Part shown: piece after piece, positions 9,259 through 22,408 of the stretch
How positions within the stretch are numbered: position 1 is the stretch's first letter
Layout: each line of letters starts with the position of its first letter
Assembly: GCF_947568905.1 (NCBI RefSeq)
Contig: NC_079172.1
Location: 64,976,001 to 65,040,000, forward strand
DNA length: 64,000 nt
Origin: Ostrea edulis
Taxonomy: Eukaryota
Direction of reading: 5' to 3'
Program-made: the position numbers and the translations under genes
Notes under the pieces: generated by a model
What the model was told of the DNA's origin: nothing
The model's database searches: none
What the model saw: only the letters and a program-made list of their open reading frames with translations

Positions 9259-9377
9259 TAGTCTCGCTCTCGCACGATTTCTCGGTAAGCCTCGATTTGA
9301 AATCACAAAATTAAAATAGGAACCATACCAGACTCTCGCTCGTGCAAAGTCGAAAGAGTCTGAGGAAAGCGAGACTA
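9259..9377. mobile_element. 119-bp MITE-like element with 10-bp terminal inverted repeats
   Basis: TAGTCTCGCT ... AGCGAGACTA with an internal hairpin CAGACTCT...AGAGTCTG; no empty site visible in the window. Confidence 0.45.
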
Positions 9378-9536
9378 GGCTGGTGTTTAGGTAATTCTCA
9401 TAGACCTCCGCACTCTCTACTATCAGCTCATACATCATGTGTCTAAGAGAGTAACGAACGACAACTCTACATGGAGATTGAGACCTCCGAACCAGAAAAG
9501 TCAGTACTTGCGGAACAGCTTATTACATTGATACAA

Positions 9537-11686
9537 CAGGCCCGTAGGAAGCAATTTCACTTGGGGGGGGGGGGGCACCACACCAAAGTAATTTACAACA
9601 AAAAAGTGATATCGACAAAACCATTAGTAAAAAGATAACTGCATAAATATGTGCAGGCATTGAGGTGTACGTCATGTACATAAATCTAATTATGTACATA
9701 GAATCTAATTAATTTCCCAGAAATCCTCTCAACTTTAATTTAAAGTTTTGTTTGTTTGTTTTTTTGGAGGGGGGGGGGGTGTTAAGGATTTTTTTTTTTT
9801 TTTTTTATATCTTGATCATTTTGTTATCAATCATTTCTGAGTCATAAGGTATTTAGTACTCGGTAAACTTTCCAAAAATCGCCAGTCTGTGTTCACTTTC
9901 ACTTACGAACTCCTCATTTATTTTTTCTGGATTCAGTTCATCAGTCTCATTTTTATGAACATGCAATAAAAGCAAATTGTTTATTCGTATTTGGCTCATT
10001 GTTGATCTCAGTGATGTTTTCAATCTTTTCAAGGCGCTGAATGAGCGCTCACTGGTAGCGTTAGTTGCAGGAAGTACCAAAATTAGTTTGAGAATTTTGA
10101 GGATCTCGGCAGACAGACTTTTTTCATTTGAATGTCTGAAAAATTCAACCACACTTGGTATATCTGGCGTTAAGTCTTTTGGCAAAACAGTCTTTAACAT
10201 CATAAGCTGGCAGTGAAGATCCTTTGGCTTCAAATCTGTATCATATAGGGTCGTGACAAAATTGAATTCTTCTTCAAACGTTTGACCTGTGCAAGCCTTA
10301 ATTACGAAGTTTTCAAGATTAACATAAACTTTGTAACCTGGTTGGTCAAATCTAGATTTTATGCCAGCTAAAAGCAGATCTAATGCCTCGTAGAAATCTT
10401 TCCTATACATATCTGCACACGATGAAAAAGTATGTGCTGCTGTCCCATCATCAAGTTTACGAGGAATTTTGCGTTTTCTAGGAAGAACAGGATCATCGAT
10501 GTTCATCTGTTTTGCTTTTTCAACAACTTCCTCGTAAAACTGAGTGAAGATTGTCTCATCTCGGAGACTTTGCAAAGCACTCATTTTTGATCATCACTCG
10601 CCGAGAGATTTGGAGCCTGCAGAGCCCTTGCCAAATTATCACTATAACGTAAAAGTTTTTCACTCAGTAAACATCCTAAGAAGAAATCAAACCTGCACAT
10701 ATAAACAGCCACTCCCCTAATTCTGTTTCTCATTTCTACCTCACGCACGTATTGGAGGCTTTCATCCCAAACATTTCTTAGAATTTCATAGTTTGACAAA
10801 ATGCTCAAAAATGTGCCGGCTTTTATTGTCCATCTTGTGGGACACAAAACCCTTATTCCCGCTATCATCCCCCTTCTTGGAGATTCTTTAATCAACTTTG
10901 TTATATCCTTTGCAATGTCCAGGGTGTCTCTAAGCAACTTACATCCCTTAATAGAATCACTGCAAGCTAGGTTAAGAGCATGACCATAACAGTGTATGTA
11001 AAGGGCTCTGGGTTCAAGTGCATGAATTTGTGTTGCAACACCTGTCTTTGAACCAGCCATAGAAGCAGCTAATGTCATAACACTGGCCTCGTACTTTGTT
11101 GATAGGCAGATCAAACCTCAAAAGGACATCTTTAATTGCTAGGGTTATTGAATTAGTCCCAATGTCAGAAAGACAGTACATCCCTAATAAATCTTCATGA
11201 GCGGTAAAAATTTTGATCAACCCATCGAATGCATAAAACAAGTTGCTCTTTGTTGGAAATATCTCGTGTTTCGTCTGCCATTATTGAAAAGAATTCAGAC
11301 GATTTGATGAAAGCAACAATTTGTCGCAAAACCTGCAACCCCATCACCTGCAAAATTTCATTTTGTATATCTGGAGCAACATACTTATTTGTCTTGCGTT
11401 GTAGCCATTCCTGAAGCTGGGGATCGCGTTTAGCCTCTAGCATGAGAAGATGATTAAAGTTTTTCTCGTCTTTGTCACCCCGAAGAGCAATTCCTTGTCG
11501 GGCAAGGAACTTCAAAATGTTTGTGATCTTAAGCAAATTCTCTCTGTTAGACTTCTTCTCGACTTCGTGCGTCTTTGAAAGACATTCTTCAACATCTTTA
11601 ACCTCCTCCTTTATCGTAAACCCTCTTTCCATTGCCTCTTTATGGCAATCACTTTTCTCGTGTGCGGCGAATTTTGTCAAAATTTG
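9537..11686 (-). mobile_element. Degenerate, 5'-truncated hAT transposon (ZMYM1-like / DUF4371 plus hAT dimerization domain transposase)
   Basis: Broken ORFs 9853-10584, 10581-11114, 11014-11241 and 11195-11761 carry FSIMADET, RGQCYD, HCYGHALNL, PTRW and PATNATSERSFSALKRLK. A CAGGCCCGTAGGAAG end at 9537 is exactly where spacer A departs from spacers C/D/E. Confidence 0.88.
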
Positions 11687-12265
11687 CCATAAGCACAAAG
11701 AAGGTTCTTTATTGCATATTCTTCTCATGTGACGATATAGCCGTACAAATTCCGGTGCCAAAGGGCAAAAGTGTTACAGGTCGGTATTACTGAGATGTTA
11801 TACTAAAAAAGCTGAAGAAATATTATCATAAACGACGCCCTGTGTCAGGATTTAGGCATGCTTGTCTACTTCATGATAATGCTCCATCACATATACATCT
11901 GAGCAATGTTTAAAGTAGGATCTGAGCAATGTTTGAAGTCGGAGAAGGTTATCATCTTGCCACACCCACCATACTCTCCAGATCTAGCCCCATGCGACTT
12001 TTTCCTTTTTCCAAAACTTAACAAGTTCTTATATGGTCGTCGTTACAAGTCCCGACAAGCCCTTGGCTCAGTCATCAGTCAGTGCCTCAGAGGTCTAGCT
12101 AAATCAACGTACCGTGACGCATCTCAGAAATGGATTCCGAGATTGAAATTATGTATTTCAAACCGCGGAGAATACTTTAAAGGGATGTATAGTGTTCATT
12201 TCACTATTTGAGTCGAATGCTTTTGAGATATAGTACAATACACATTACATATCGAACAGCCCTCG
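11687..12265 (+). mobile_element. Right half of the mariner element
   Basis: Matches the 3' half of 26464-27772, includes HPPYSPDLAPCDFFLF and the right TIR ending ...GAACAGCCCTCG followed by TA. Confidence 0.9.
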
Positions 12266-13460
12266 TAAAACTGAAAACAACAATAAAAATGCGTGTGTGT
12301 GTGTTTTTTTTTTTAAATTTCAGGGTGAAAAACTAAAATAAGCAGATTTAAAAGTTTTCAATATTGGGTAATATTTTTATTTTTTGGGACATATTACCGT
12401 ATTACAGAACTGAATCGTAAATTAAAAAGACATTCAAAATATTGTGTCTTTGTCCTCTGGATATATAATGAATTACATGTGTACTCTGATTTAATGTTTT
12501 TTTTTATTTGAACATATTTTATTGTATTGATATATATATGGATTAGTTACAAGTTCTAGCAACTTATTAAACCTCTCCCGTGGTAGATTTGCTGCTAATT
12601 TCGTAATCATACTGAAAAACATCTAAATAATTGGGAGTTAAACCATGTAAACCTTTGAAGACAAGAATGATAGTTCTACATACAAAATAGTCGGATGGAG
12701 GCATACCCCTAAGTTGCTGCATCATTTCTTTCGTAGGTATAGAAAAATTTCTATTAAAAATCCTTCTCGATGCTTGTTATTTGTAACGACTCTCCTTGTT
12801 TTTCACATTGCCTCAAACATTACAACAGTAGTAAAACGAAGAAATACGATTGTATTAAATTTTTCCTGTAATAATCATTTGGCATGAAGAAACGTAATCC
12901 AGACAGCACACCTACGCGTATCTTGCTTGAAAAACATTTTTTTTGGTTCTTATATTGTTGTTGTTTTTTGTTTCTTGGTTTGTTTTTTAAAACAATTTTC
13001 ATACTCCTGTTTATCATCGGCTTGGATGTTAGCGTTGGAGGAGCTTTGATATGGGAGGACACCGGAGTACCCGGGGCGAAAATCCACGTGGGCGACCACC
13101 ATACCCACTCTGGTCAAGGGCTTCAAAATGTGAGCAAGATATCGTAGATTTAGCTTCTTTCACGCCAATACTCCAGGTCCATGGTAGGGGGTTTGAATTT
13201 TAAGATCGAAAAATAACAAGGTGTTATTATTAGTATACAGACGTCATAACTTATTCACAGGAACATCGTCCAGTGGTGTGGTGATACATTATCGTTGGAT
13301 CAAAGGGTCACATTAAATCCGGGACCAATGTTATCTTAAAATGTTTAATCTACTGAGAAAAATCTACCGTGTTTTTATGAAAACCCCATTTTCTTGTTTT
13401 CTACAATGCAAGTTCTATAGAGAAAATATATTACAACATTTTGTGTCCTCTAGGAGATCG

Positions 13461-13798
13461 ATTGAATGTTTTCCGTCTCGTTGAGAATTTTTCACTAATA
13501 TTGAGACGTCACCAGCTGTATGTGAAGTACCACAAATTTAGACCTATGATTAGCGCTCAGGGCCTTAGCAGCAATGTTTCTTTTTCGTGCCAACGCCTGC
13601 CGTGATACGAGACCTCGGTTTTTAAGGACATATATGAAAGAACCGTGATTATCACTTATAAATGACGAGCGTTTAGGAAAGGAGCAATCACAACCCGTTT
13701 TAACATCGTTCGTTTGACCCGGCCATGCCATGAGCGGGGCTCGAACTCACGACCTCCCTGTTGCGAAGCAAACACTTTACCACTGAACTACCGCGACC
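13461..13798 (-). mobile_element. tRNA-derived SINE (bivalve MetaSINE-like)
   Basis: Minus strand begins GGTCGCGGTAGTTCAGTGG (A box) ... GAGTTCGAGCC (B box), then a body and short repeat tail. Family name is from recollection, unverified. Confidence 0.75.
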
Positions 13799-13826
13799 AG
13801 TGCCTGTAGGGGAAATATTGAAAATC

Positions 13827-14728
13827 TCAAAAGTGTCATATCCTACACTGCAGACAATGTTTCAAGATCATAGAAAATATACTAAAAGATTGTCAATATT
13901 TTACCAACTTGACATATATAACAATAAAGATTGTCAATCTTTCCCCTACATGACATAGATAACATTAAAGATTCTCAATCTTTCCCCTACATGACATAGA
14001 TAACATACTTAAAGATTGTCAATGTTTCCCCTACATGATATAGATAACATTAGAGATTGTCAATGTTTCCCCTACATGACATAGATAACACACTTAAAGA
14101 TTGTCAATGTTTCCCCTACATGACATTGATAATATTAAAGAATGTCAATGTTTCCCCTACATGACATAAATAACATTAAAGATTGTCAATATTTCCCCTA
14201 CATGACAGAGATAACATTAGAGATTGTCAATGTTTCCCCTACATGACATAGATATCATACTTAAAGATTGTCAATGTTTCCCCTACATGACATAGATATT
14301 ATTAAAGAATGTCAATATTTCTCCTACATGACAGAGATAACATTAGAGATTGTCAATGTTTCCCCTACATGACATAGATAATATTAAAGAATGTCAATAT
14401 TTACCTTACATGACATAGATATTATTAAAGATTGTCAATGTTTCCCCTACATTACATAGACAACATTAAAGATTGTCAATATTTCCCCTACATGATATAG
14501 ACAACATTAAAGATTGTCAATATTTCCCCTACATGACATAGATAACATTAGAGATTGTCAATATTTCCCCTACATGACATAGATAACATTAAAGATTGTC
14601 AATGTTTCCCCTACATGACATAGATAACATCCTTGAAGATTGTCCTGTGGAGGAAATATTGACAATCTTTAAGTATGTTATCTATACTCTATCAACATTG
14701 TCTACAGTGTAGAATATGACACTTTTGA
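13827..14728. repeat. 41-bp minisatellite bracketed by ~35-bp inverted arms (foldback-like)
   Basis: Unit TTCCCCTACATGACATAGATAACATTAAAGATTGTCAATGT; arms 13827-13861 and 14694-14728; one inverted unit at ~14647-14685. Confidence 0.85.
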
Positions 14729-16243
14729 AACTCTATTAATTTTAAGGAGGTATGCTAAACCAGAGAAATTTGATATTGATTTAAAGTGAATGATATGTAC
14801 AACAATAATTTGGAATTGAACACTTTCAAATTTACTTTTATTTAGTAATAAAATGCAGTTTTAGTAGAAAGCAATCTGAACTTCTTTTTTTTTTAAAAAA
14901 AAAAATAAAAAAAATGCCTGCTGGACCCGAATTCGCGATCTGCAGTTCAGCTACTGAGTTACTCAGCTAGAAAATATTGATTGATTGTACATGCATATGG
15001 AGACGTCACCATTACCCGCGAAGGGCTGCAAAATTTAGGCATTTGAAATGAATAGACAAGTATTGCTGATAGTTAAGCAATGAATTATTATTTTTTGAAA
15101 AATGGAATCTCATAACTGCAACAGTGTGTGCATACAAATTAAATAACGTGCATTGAGAATTTTTTTTGTTTGCATACACCGTTGCAGTTATGAGACTATC
15201 TCCTTAAAAATGCCTCTATCATAAGATCAACTTCTCTACCATCGAATGAGGTGCACTTGTGTTGATTGAGACAGGAATGGATAACAAAGCTTTGCTTTCA
15301 TTCTGCACACGTGCACCGAGCACAGGAACTAGTGATTTTGTCTGTAATAATAATAGTAGGGGTCTATATCATACCACCCCCTAATGAAAGGTAAAGATAA
15401 CGAAAAGTGATCAATCTCATAACTCACATAAACAATACAAAATAGAGAGTTGGGGTAACACGGACCCCTGGATATACCAGAGGTGGGATCAGGTAGGGTT
15501 ATAATAATCTTTTTAGAAGGTGGTATGGTATAGACCCCTACTATTATTACTAAATTACCGGTTCCTGTCGGCTAATTGCAGACGACATGATAGACATTGT
15601 TCATACGCCTAACAGATTTACAGTGATTCGATCCTTGCATTTATCAACAAATATCCTTCAAAATTCTCTCATGCATTTTATCATAGGATTAAAGAATAAA
15701 TGTAAATATTTATATTTTCATTCATGTTTTAAAACGAAGTCAGCGATTAGGACGATGTAGAGTACCCCCTTAAATGCAATATACACCGATCGCTTTCTGA
15801 TTTAAATCACGGGTCACATGCCTGGGATGATATGATATCTTTTATTGTCGAGGACGGCAGCCATTGTGATAGTTTAGGTAGGACTCTTGATTACGGTAGG
15901 GTATCGGCCCTATATACTATATAAGGAAATACAACAGGAGGGAATGATGATGCGTGCTTGTTACGATCTCTGACATAATCCATTGTGTAGAAAACACAAC
16001 TTCTGAAATTTAGTTAATTTCAAATGCAATTTACAGCAATTGCGTCAAGATTTAAAGCATGGATTACCTGCCTTGGATCATATGATATCTTTTGCTGTTG
16101 TGGACGGCCGCCATTGTGAGAGATTAGGTGAGGACTCTAGATTATCATACTTATAGAGTGTATAACAAATACAACACACGGAAATAATGATGCGTGTTTG
16201 TTTCTATCTCTGACGTAATTCATTTCAGGAATCTAAAGTAAAG

Positions 16244-17873
16244 ATGGACCCTCACAACCGAGCCCAAGACGTTCTACGCTGTGACTGATGTGAAGAGAAT
16301 GTTGTGCAGATGCACTGTGATACGTGTCTTGTCAAGCTGTGTAAGACCTGTGTAGGAGACCACATCTCATCTGAGGAATGCGAGGATCCCAAAGTCGTTA
16401 GATTCCAGTCCAGGAAATGCGTCCCTGTGTATCCAACGTGTGCATTACATGATAACAAGCGGTGTGAAATGCACTGCCAGCAGTGCACTGTACCTGTCTG
16501 TTTCATTTGCGCAACATCTGAAAAACACGCCGGTCATCGATTTAAAAACATTGTAGACATTTTTGATGAAAAGAAGAGAGAGTTTCAAAAAAAAGATAAA
16601 AGATATCCAAGAAAATATTCGAGTGAAACACGCGGATCAAGCTTCGAAAATGGAGAAGCGAATTGCGGATCTAGAAAAGGAAATCACAACACTTATAGAC
16701 ACTGTGTCTAAACACGGAGAACTGAAGAGAAAAATTGATCAAATTGTTAAGGAGGTGCAGTCCGAAATTGAGAGTATTAGGAAAAATCACGTGGAGCTGT
16801 TGATCACAACAAGAACAGAAGTCCAGCAGAATTTGACTGAGATCGACAGGGAAGTGTCCTCATTAAAAGAATTAACACTAGATTCTAACGACATCAATAA
16901 AGTCTTCCACTTTACACCAACCAACAAGATTTACAAAAATCTACCAGACGATCCCGTGCTGACGATGCCGGTTTTCTCTACAAAGAGGATCGACTCTGTA
17001 CAACTCCGTGAAATGTTTGGAACACTGTCCGACATTGTAACAAAACCCACCGCTATAGCAAAAGTCAGACTGATGGAAACACCGCTAATGGTCCATAGAA
17101 TAGCGACTGGTTATTCTCAACTTTATGGTGTTGCATTTCTAGACAGGATGGGAATATGGGCAATAGGAAATGCCCAACAAATAAAACTATTTCATGTGAA
17201 TGACAAGTCCACGAAGAAGTCAATCGACACCAAACTGTCAGGCAAAAAACTTATATTAGTGACAAATCAAGGCCATCTTCTTTACGCGGAAAAGGGTGGC
17301 AGGACGATTCACATTGTTAAACAAGAACAGAGTGAAGAATTGATCAGTTTACAAGGCTGGGGAGTTGTTGGTTTCTGTGTCACTGATGATCTGCTGGTCG
17401 TCATGAGAAGTGATGACAAAAGAGAAACTAGAGTTGTCCGATATCATGGACGTGAAGAGAAGGAAATTATCCAGTTTGAAAGTAAAGGGAAACCTTTCTA
17501 TTCAGTTGGTCCAAACCAAAAGTTGATTTGCGAGAACAGGAACTTTGATATCTGTGTGGCAGACAGAGATGCGTGCGCTGTGGTGGTCGTCAGTCAAGAT
17601 ACGAAATTCAGGTTCCGGTATGAAGGAAATCCGTCAAGTTTGCGCAAAACTGAATTCAAACCGAAAGGTATAGCCACCGACAGCCTGAGTAATATTCTTG
17701 TTTCAGATCTAGATAATGCTTGTGTCCACGTTGTTGATCAAAACGGAAAGTTTATTACAGTTTTAGACTGTCCACGTGTGCAGCCCTGGGGACTGTGCGT
17801 CGGTTTGGATAACTACCTGTATGTTGCAGATAATGCATCGGGTGATGTTATAAAGATTCGGTATCTTCAATGA
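16244..17873 (+). pseudogene. TRIM-like copy B, disrupted
   Basis: ATG at 16244; in-frame TGA at 16286-16288 (TTA in paralogs); A8 at 16587-16594 vs A7 in intact copies (+1 frameshift); otherwise collinear with the paralogs. Confidence 0.85.
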
Positions 17874-19020
17874 GGATTTCATAGACCTTGACACAAATGG
17901 GAAAGACCAAAATAAAAAAATAGGAATGAAAAATAAAAACATGTCGTGCCTAAAAGTCGTTGTAATAAAGTACTTTCTACAATTACATGTATATGATGAA
18001 TTCTAAATACATGTTGTACGTGATTTAATATATATAATAGAAACTCCGTAATATGACGTAATAAATGTTCGACTTCTCCTGGATGTTTGAAACGTCGATG
18101 AAATATTGTACGTTTTCGAATTCTTTTCTTGAATGAAGAGAGACTTCAAATTGTTACTATTTTGTGGATTAGAATCGAACTGGCCAATTTGGGAATTCTT
18201 TCTATTCGGAAAAAGTCCTTGCAGAGACATGTTTTTCGAAAAGTTGAACGAATGCAGATTTGGCGTATTTCTGACGTTCAACGGTTGTACACAAGTACTC
18301 CAACGAGGTTTTTCCGCGAAAACGCATTGATAGAATTTAAATCATGATATTTCTATATATAGCATTGTCTGTGTATTTGTGGGGCCAACAAAGTGGTGAT
18401 CACCAACATGAAAAGGGGAAGATAACGAACAGTGATCAATCTTGTAACTTCTATAAAAAATACAGAATTAAGAGTTGGGGAAGCACGGATATCATTTTGA
18501 TTTCTTAGCGGATTTTCAAAACAGTTAAACATATATACGTTAAAGCATATTATATTATTGATAATAAGGAAACAAAAGATACTTCTAGAATCCAAAACCT
18601 AAGTGTGAGGATTGAAAGGAATATTATTTTAATGGACTGATCCACGATTTCCATCCCAATTTTCTTTGTTAATTTTAATGAACAAAATCTACTGTCTATT
18701 GTGTTTAAAAAGGTTTCACAAAAGTAAGGTTATACATTATCAAAGAGTCTCATTTTAGAAAATTTATTATTTGTTTTGTAAACAAAGATTGCGAAGTGTT
18801 ATCACTTACGAAGTTTTTAAAAGAAATGGATATCGATCAAAGTTTATTATATATATCACATTTAAGTACTCTAGGTAAATTGTGTCATGTAAAAGGTAAA
18901 TTTGTGACTGTGTAAAATTAAGCTGCTTTCAACTAAAAAATTAACATTTAACTAACTTTTGATATCGGGTACTTGAAGTGAGCACCAATCCACTAGGAAG
19001 TTGGCACGAACCAAACCAGT

Positions 19021-19342
19021 TACGCAAACTATCCGAGAGTAAATTGGTACTCAAAGCATTCGTGGGTAATTGGGACTCAAAACATCCGTGAGTAAATGGG
19101 TCTCAAAGCATACGTGAATAAATGAAACTCAAATCATCCGTGAGTATATATGACTAAAAGCATCCTTGAGTAAATGGGATTCAAAACAACTGTGGGTAAA
19201 GAGACTCGAATCATACATGAATAAGTGAAATCAAATCATCCGTGAGTAAATACGACTCAAAACATCTGTGAGTAAAGAGACTCAAATCACCCGTGAGTAA
19301 AGGACACAAAGCATCCGTGAGTAAATGGCACTCAAAGCATCT
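19021..19342. repeat. 26-bp minisatellite
   Basis: Homolog of 1572-1817. Confidence 0.85.
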
Positions 19343-19523
19343 TTAAATAAAGGGTTTTTACCACGATTTTTAATGTAATTAAAATCAGGAGTATAACCTT
19401 AATAAAGCACGTTTTTGCTTTTATATTGTTTCATTACTCCCAATAATTGATACAAACATACATTTTATGTGCATATATTTTAAAGTTTCCGCTTTACAAA
19501 TCGTCACTAATGAGCTACCTAGT

Positions 19524-19551
19524 CACGTGGTACGTCATGACGTCATACGTG
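19524..19551. promoter_or_regulatory. ACGT-core cluster (E-box plus CRE-like), second copy
   Basis: Identical to 1999-2026; motif match only. Confidence 0.3.
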
Positions 19552-20125
19552 TCAATGTGCTGCAGCTCAGCTATGCATGTGTGTGTGAAAAGATTCTATT
19601 GAAAGTCATTAATTATACAGAATGGATAATTAATGTTCCGACATCGATGACATCCCGTTAGTATTTAAGATTCCGCCATACATATTTTAAACCTGCTGCT
19701 GAGACAAATCTTAAAGAAAATCCCTCCACAAACATTTATATTAGCCTAATACATGTGCGAACATCGACATTGACGGACTCGGACGGAGATCCCGCTCACA
19801 GAAAGGATGGAATTTTCAACTTTTGGTATATATCTGAATGACACATTTCGTTTGCAAACATTTTGACTGTGTTCCCTTGTAGATCATAATAGTTTTAAAG
19901 CATTAGATGTCTGTATATATGTAGACTGTAACATGCATTAGCCAATGATGATCTAATTAAAATCGGTTCTTCTCTAACTGTTACACTGGAGAAGGTAGAC
20001 AAGATTTGTTTTTAATTAAATTGATGCATTAACCTACAACATGTCGACGGAAACAGCCGATTTACCGATATCGGTTTAATTTATAATTTTATTTTTCAAA
20101 GGGGGGGGGTGCGGATTTTAAAATT

Positions 20126-20515
20126 ACCAATCTGATGAAAATCTATCATATAAGTAGCTGACTTCCTTAAGTGTGATATCTGAAAAATCATGACATATCA
20201 CGGTACCCAATATCACTACTCGCCATACGTATCGTTGTAAGTTAGTTAAATATATAATATAAACATGGAGTTCCTTAAGGTATCCACACAGATCTTGAAA
20301 TTTCATTGTACCGATAATCAAAATGTATAAGTAGTTGATTTCCTTAAGAGCGATATCTGAAAATTTGTGACGTATCAAAACACCCTCTATCACTTCTTGC
20401 CATATGTATGGTAAATTCGTCAGATATCTAATACAAACACAAAGTTCTTTACGGTATTCACAGAAATGTTGAAATTTTAGGATAACTCGAATCAAATTGT
20501 AAAAGTAGTAGATAT
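20126..20515. repeat. Two diverged ~177-bp tandem units, second copy
   Basis: Homolog of 2600-2990. Confidence 0.55.
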
Positions 20516-20744
20516 CTCAAAATGGATGGTATATCAAATGAATGAAGGTCTGAATTCAATCCGTATCATTTTTAAAGTAAACGCTCAGTGAAAAAAGTTT
20601 ATTCATATTTTGCATTGCAACGTTATGTAATTGGGGTTAATTGAGCATGCAATTTATACGACTCCTCGTCCTCTTTAGAAATAAATCTGATAGATAATAA
20701 TTTTCAAACTCATTAACATTCATCTGGTAGCTGGCTATCAGTTA

Positions 20745-21128
20745 TTATAACTTTTATACTTTGTAGTAGCTGGCTACGAGTACCTAACTTTTCTTATTTT
20801 TAGTAGCTGGCTACTAGTAACTGGCTACTAGTTGCTAACTTTTCCTGGTTCAAATATCTGGCTACTAGTAGCCAACTTTTCTCTTTTCAAGTAGCCAGTT
20901 ACTAGTAGCTGGCTACTGGTAGCCAACGTTTCCCTTTTCAAGTAAACAGTTACTAGTAGCTGGCTACTAGTAGCCAACTTTTCTCTTTTTAAATAACCAG
21001 TTACTAGTAGCCAACTTTTCTCTTTTTAAGTAACCAGTAACCAGTAGCCAACTTTTCTTTTTTTAAGTAACCAGTTACTAGTAGCCAACTTTTCTTTTTT
21101 TAAGTAACCAGTTACTAGTAGCCAACTT
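20745..21128. repeat. Palindrome-rich ~36-50-bp minisatellite, second copy
   Basis: Homolog of 3225-3682 with a different unit arrangement. Confidence 0.8.
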
Positions 21129-21504
21129 TACCGATCTTGTTATCTATACTATATCAACATTGTCTAGAGTGCAGGATATGACACTTTTGAAATTCAATTT
21201 ATTTTAAGGAGGAATGCTACACCAGACAAATTGTATATGGATTTAAAGTGAATGATATGTACAACAATAATTTGAATTTGAAAACTTTCAAATTTACTTT
21301 CATTTAGTAAAAAATTAAAATGCAGTTTTAGTAGAAAGCAACTTGAACTTTTTTCCCCTTAAAAAAAAACCAAAACAAAATTCCTGCTGGACTTGAATCC
21401 ACGATCTGCAGTTCAGCTTCTGAGTTACTCAGTTAGGAAATAATATTTTATTGATTGATTGATTCTACATGCATATTGTTTAACGACCCCCTCGAGAATT
21501 TTTT

Positions 21505-21546
<42 letters not shown>

Positions 21547-22408
21547 ATTTAGGCATTTGAAATGAATATAGACAAGTATTGCTGATAGTTAAGCAATGAA
21601 TTATTATTTTTTGAAAGATGTAATCTAATAACTGCAACGATGTGTGCATACAAATTAAATAACGCGCATTGAGTAAATTAAATTTGTTTGCACACATCGT
21701 TGCAGTTATGATACTACCTCTTTAAGAAAACACTGCCTTTATCATAATACCAACTTTTCTGCCATCGAATGAGGTGCACTTGTGTTGTTTGAGACGGGAA
21801 TGGATAATAAAGCTTTGCTTTCATTCTGCACACGTGCACCGAGCACAGGAACTAGTGATTTTGTCTGTAATAATAATAGTAGGGGTCTATATCATACCTC
21901 CTAATGAAAGGTAAAGATAACGAAAAGTGATCAATCTCATAACTCACATAAACAATACAAAATAGAGAGTTGGGCAAACACGGACCCCTGGATATACTAG
22001 AGGTTGGATCAGGTAGGGTTATAATAATCTTTTTAGAATGTGATATGGTATAGACCCCTACTATTATTACAAAATTACCGGTTCCTGTCGGCCTAGATGC
22101 TAATTGCAGACGACATGATAAACAGTGTTCATACGTCTAACAGATTTACAGTGATTCGATCCTTGCATTTATCAACAAATATCCTTCAAAATTCTCTCAT
22201 GCATTTTATCACAGGATTAAAGAATGGATTACCTGCTTTGGATCATATGCTATCTTTTGCTGTTGTGGACGGCCGTCATTGTGAGAGATTAGGTGAGGAC
22301 TCTAGATTATCATACTTATAGAGTGTATAGCAAATACAACACGCGGAAATAATGATGCGTGTTTGTTTCCATCTTTGACGTTATTCATTTCAGGAATCTA
22401 AAGTAAAG

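Noticed and set aside
13740-13798. tRNA genes at the SINE heads
   Set aside because: A/B boxes are followed by a SINE body and tail, and no complete cloverleaf is evident; treated as SINEs.
16286-16288. In-frame TGA between cysteines as selenocysteine
   Set aside because: It replaces Leu (TTA) in C-x-L-C, not a Cys; it occurs in one copy that also has a frameshift; no SECIS was recognised.
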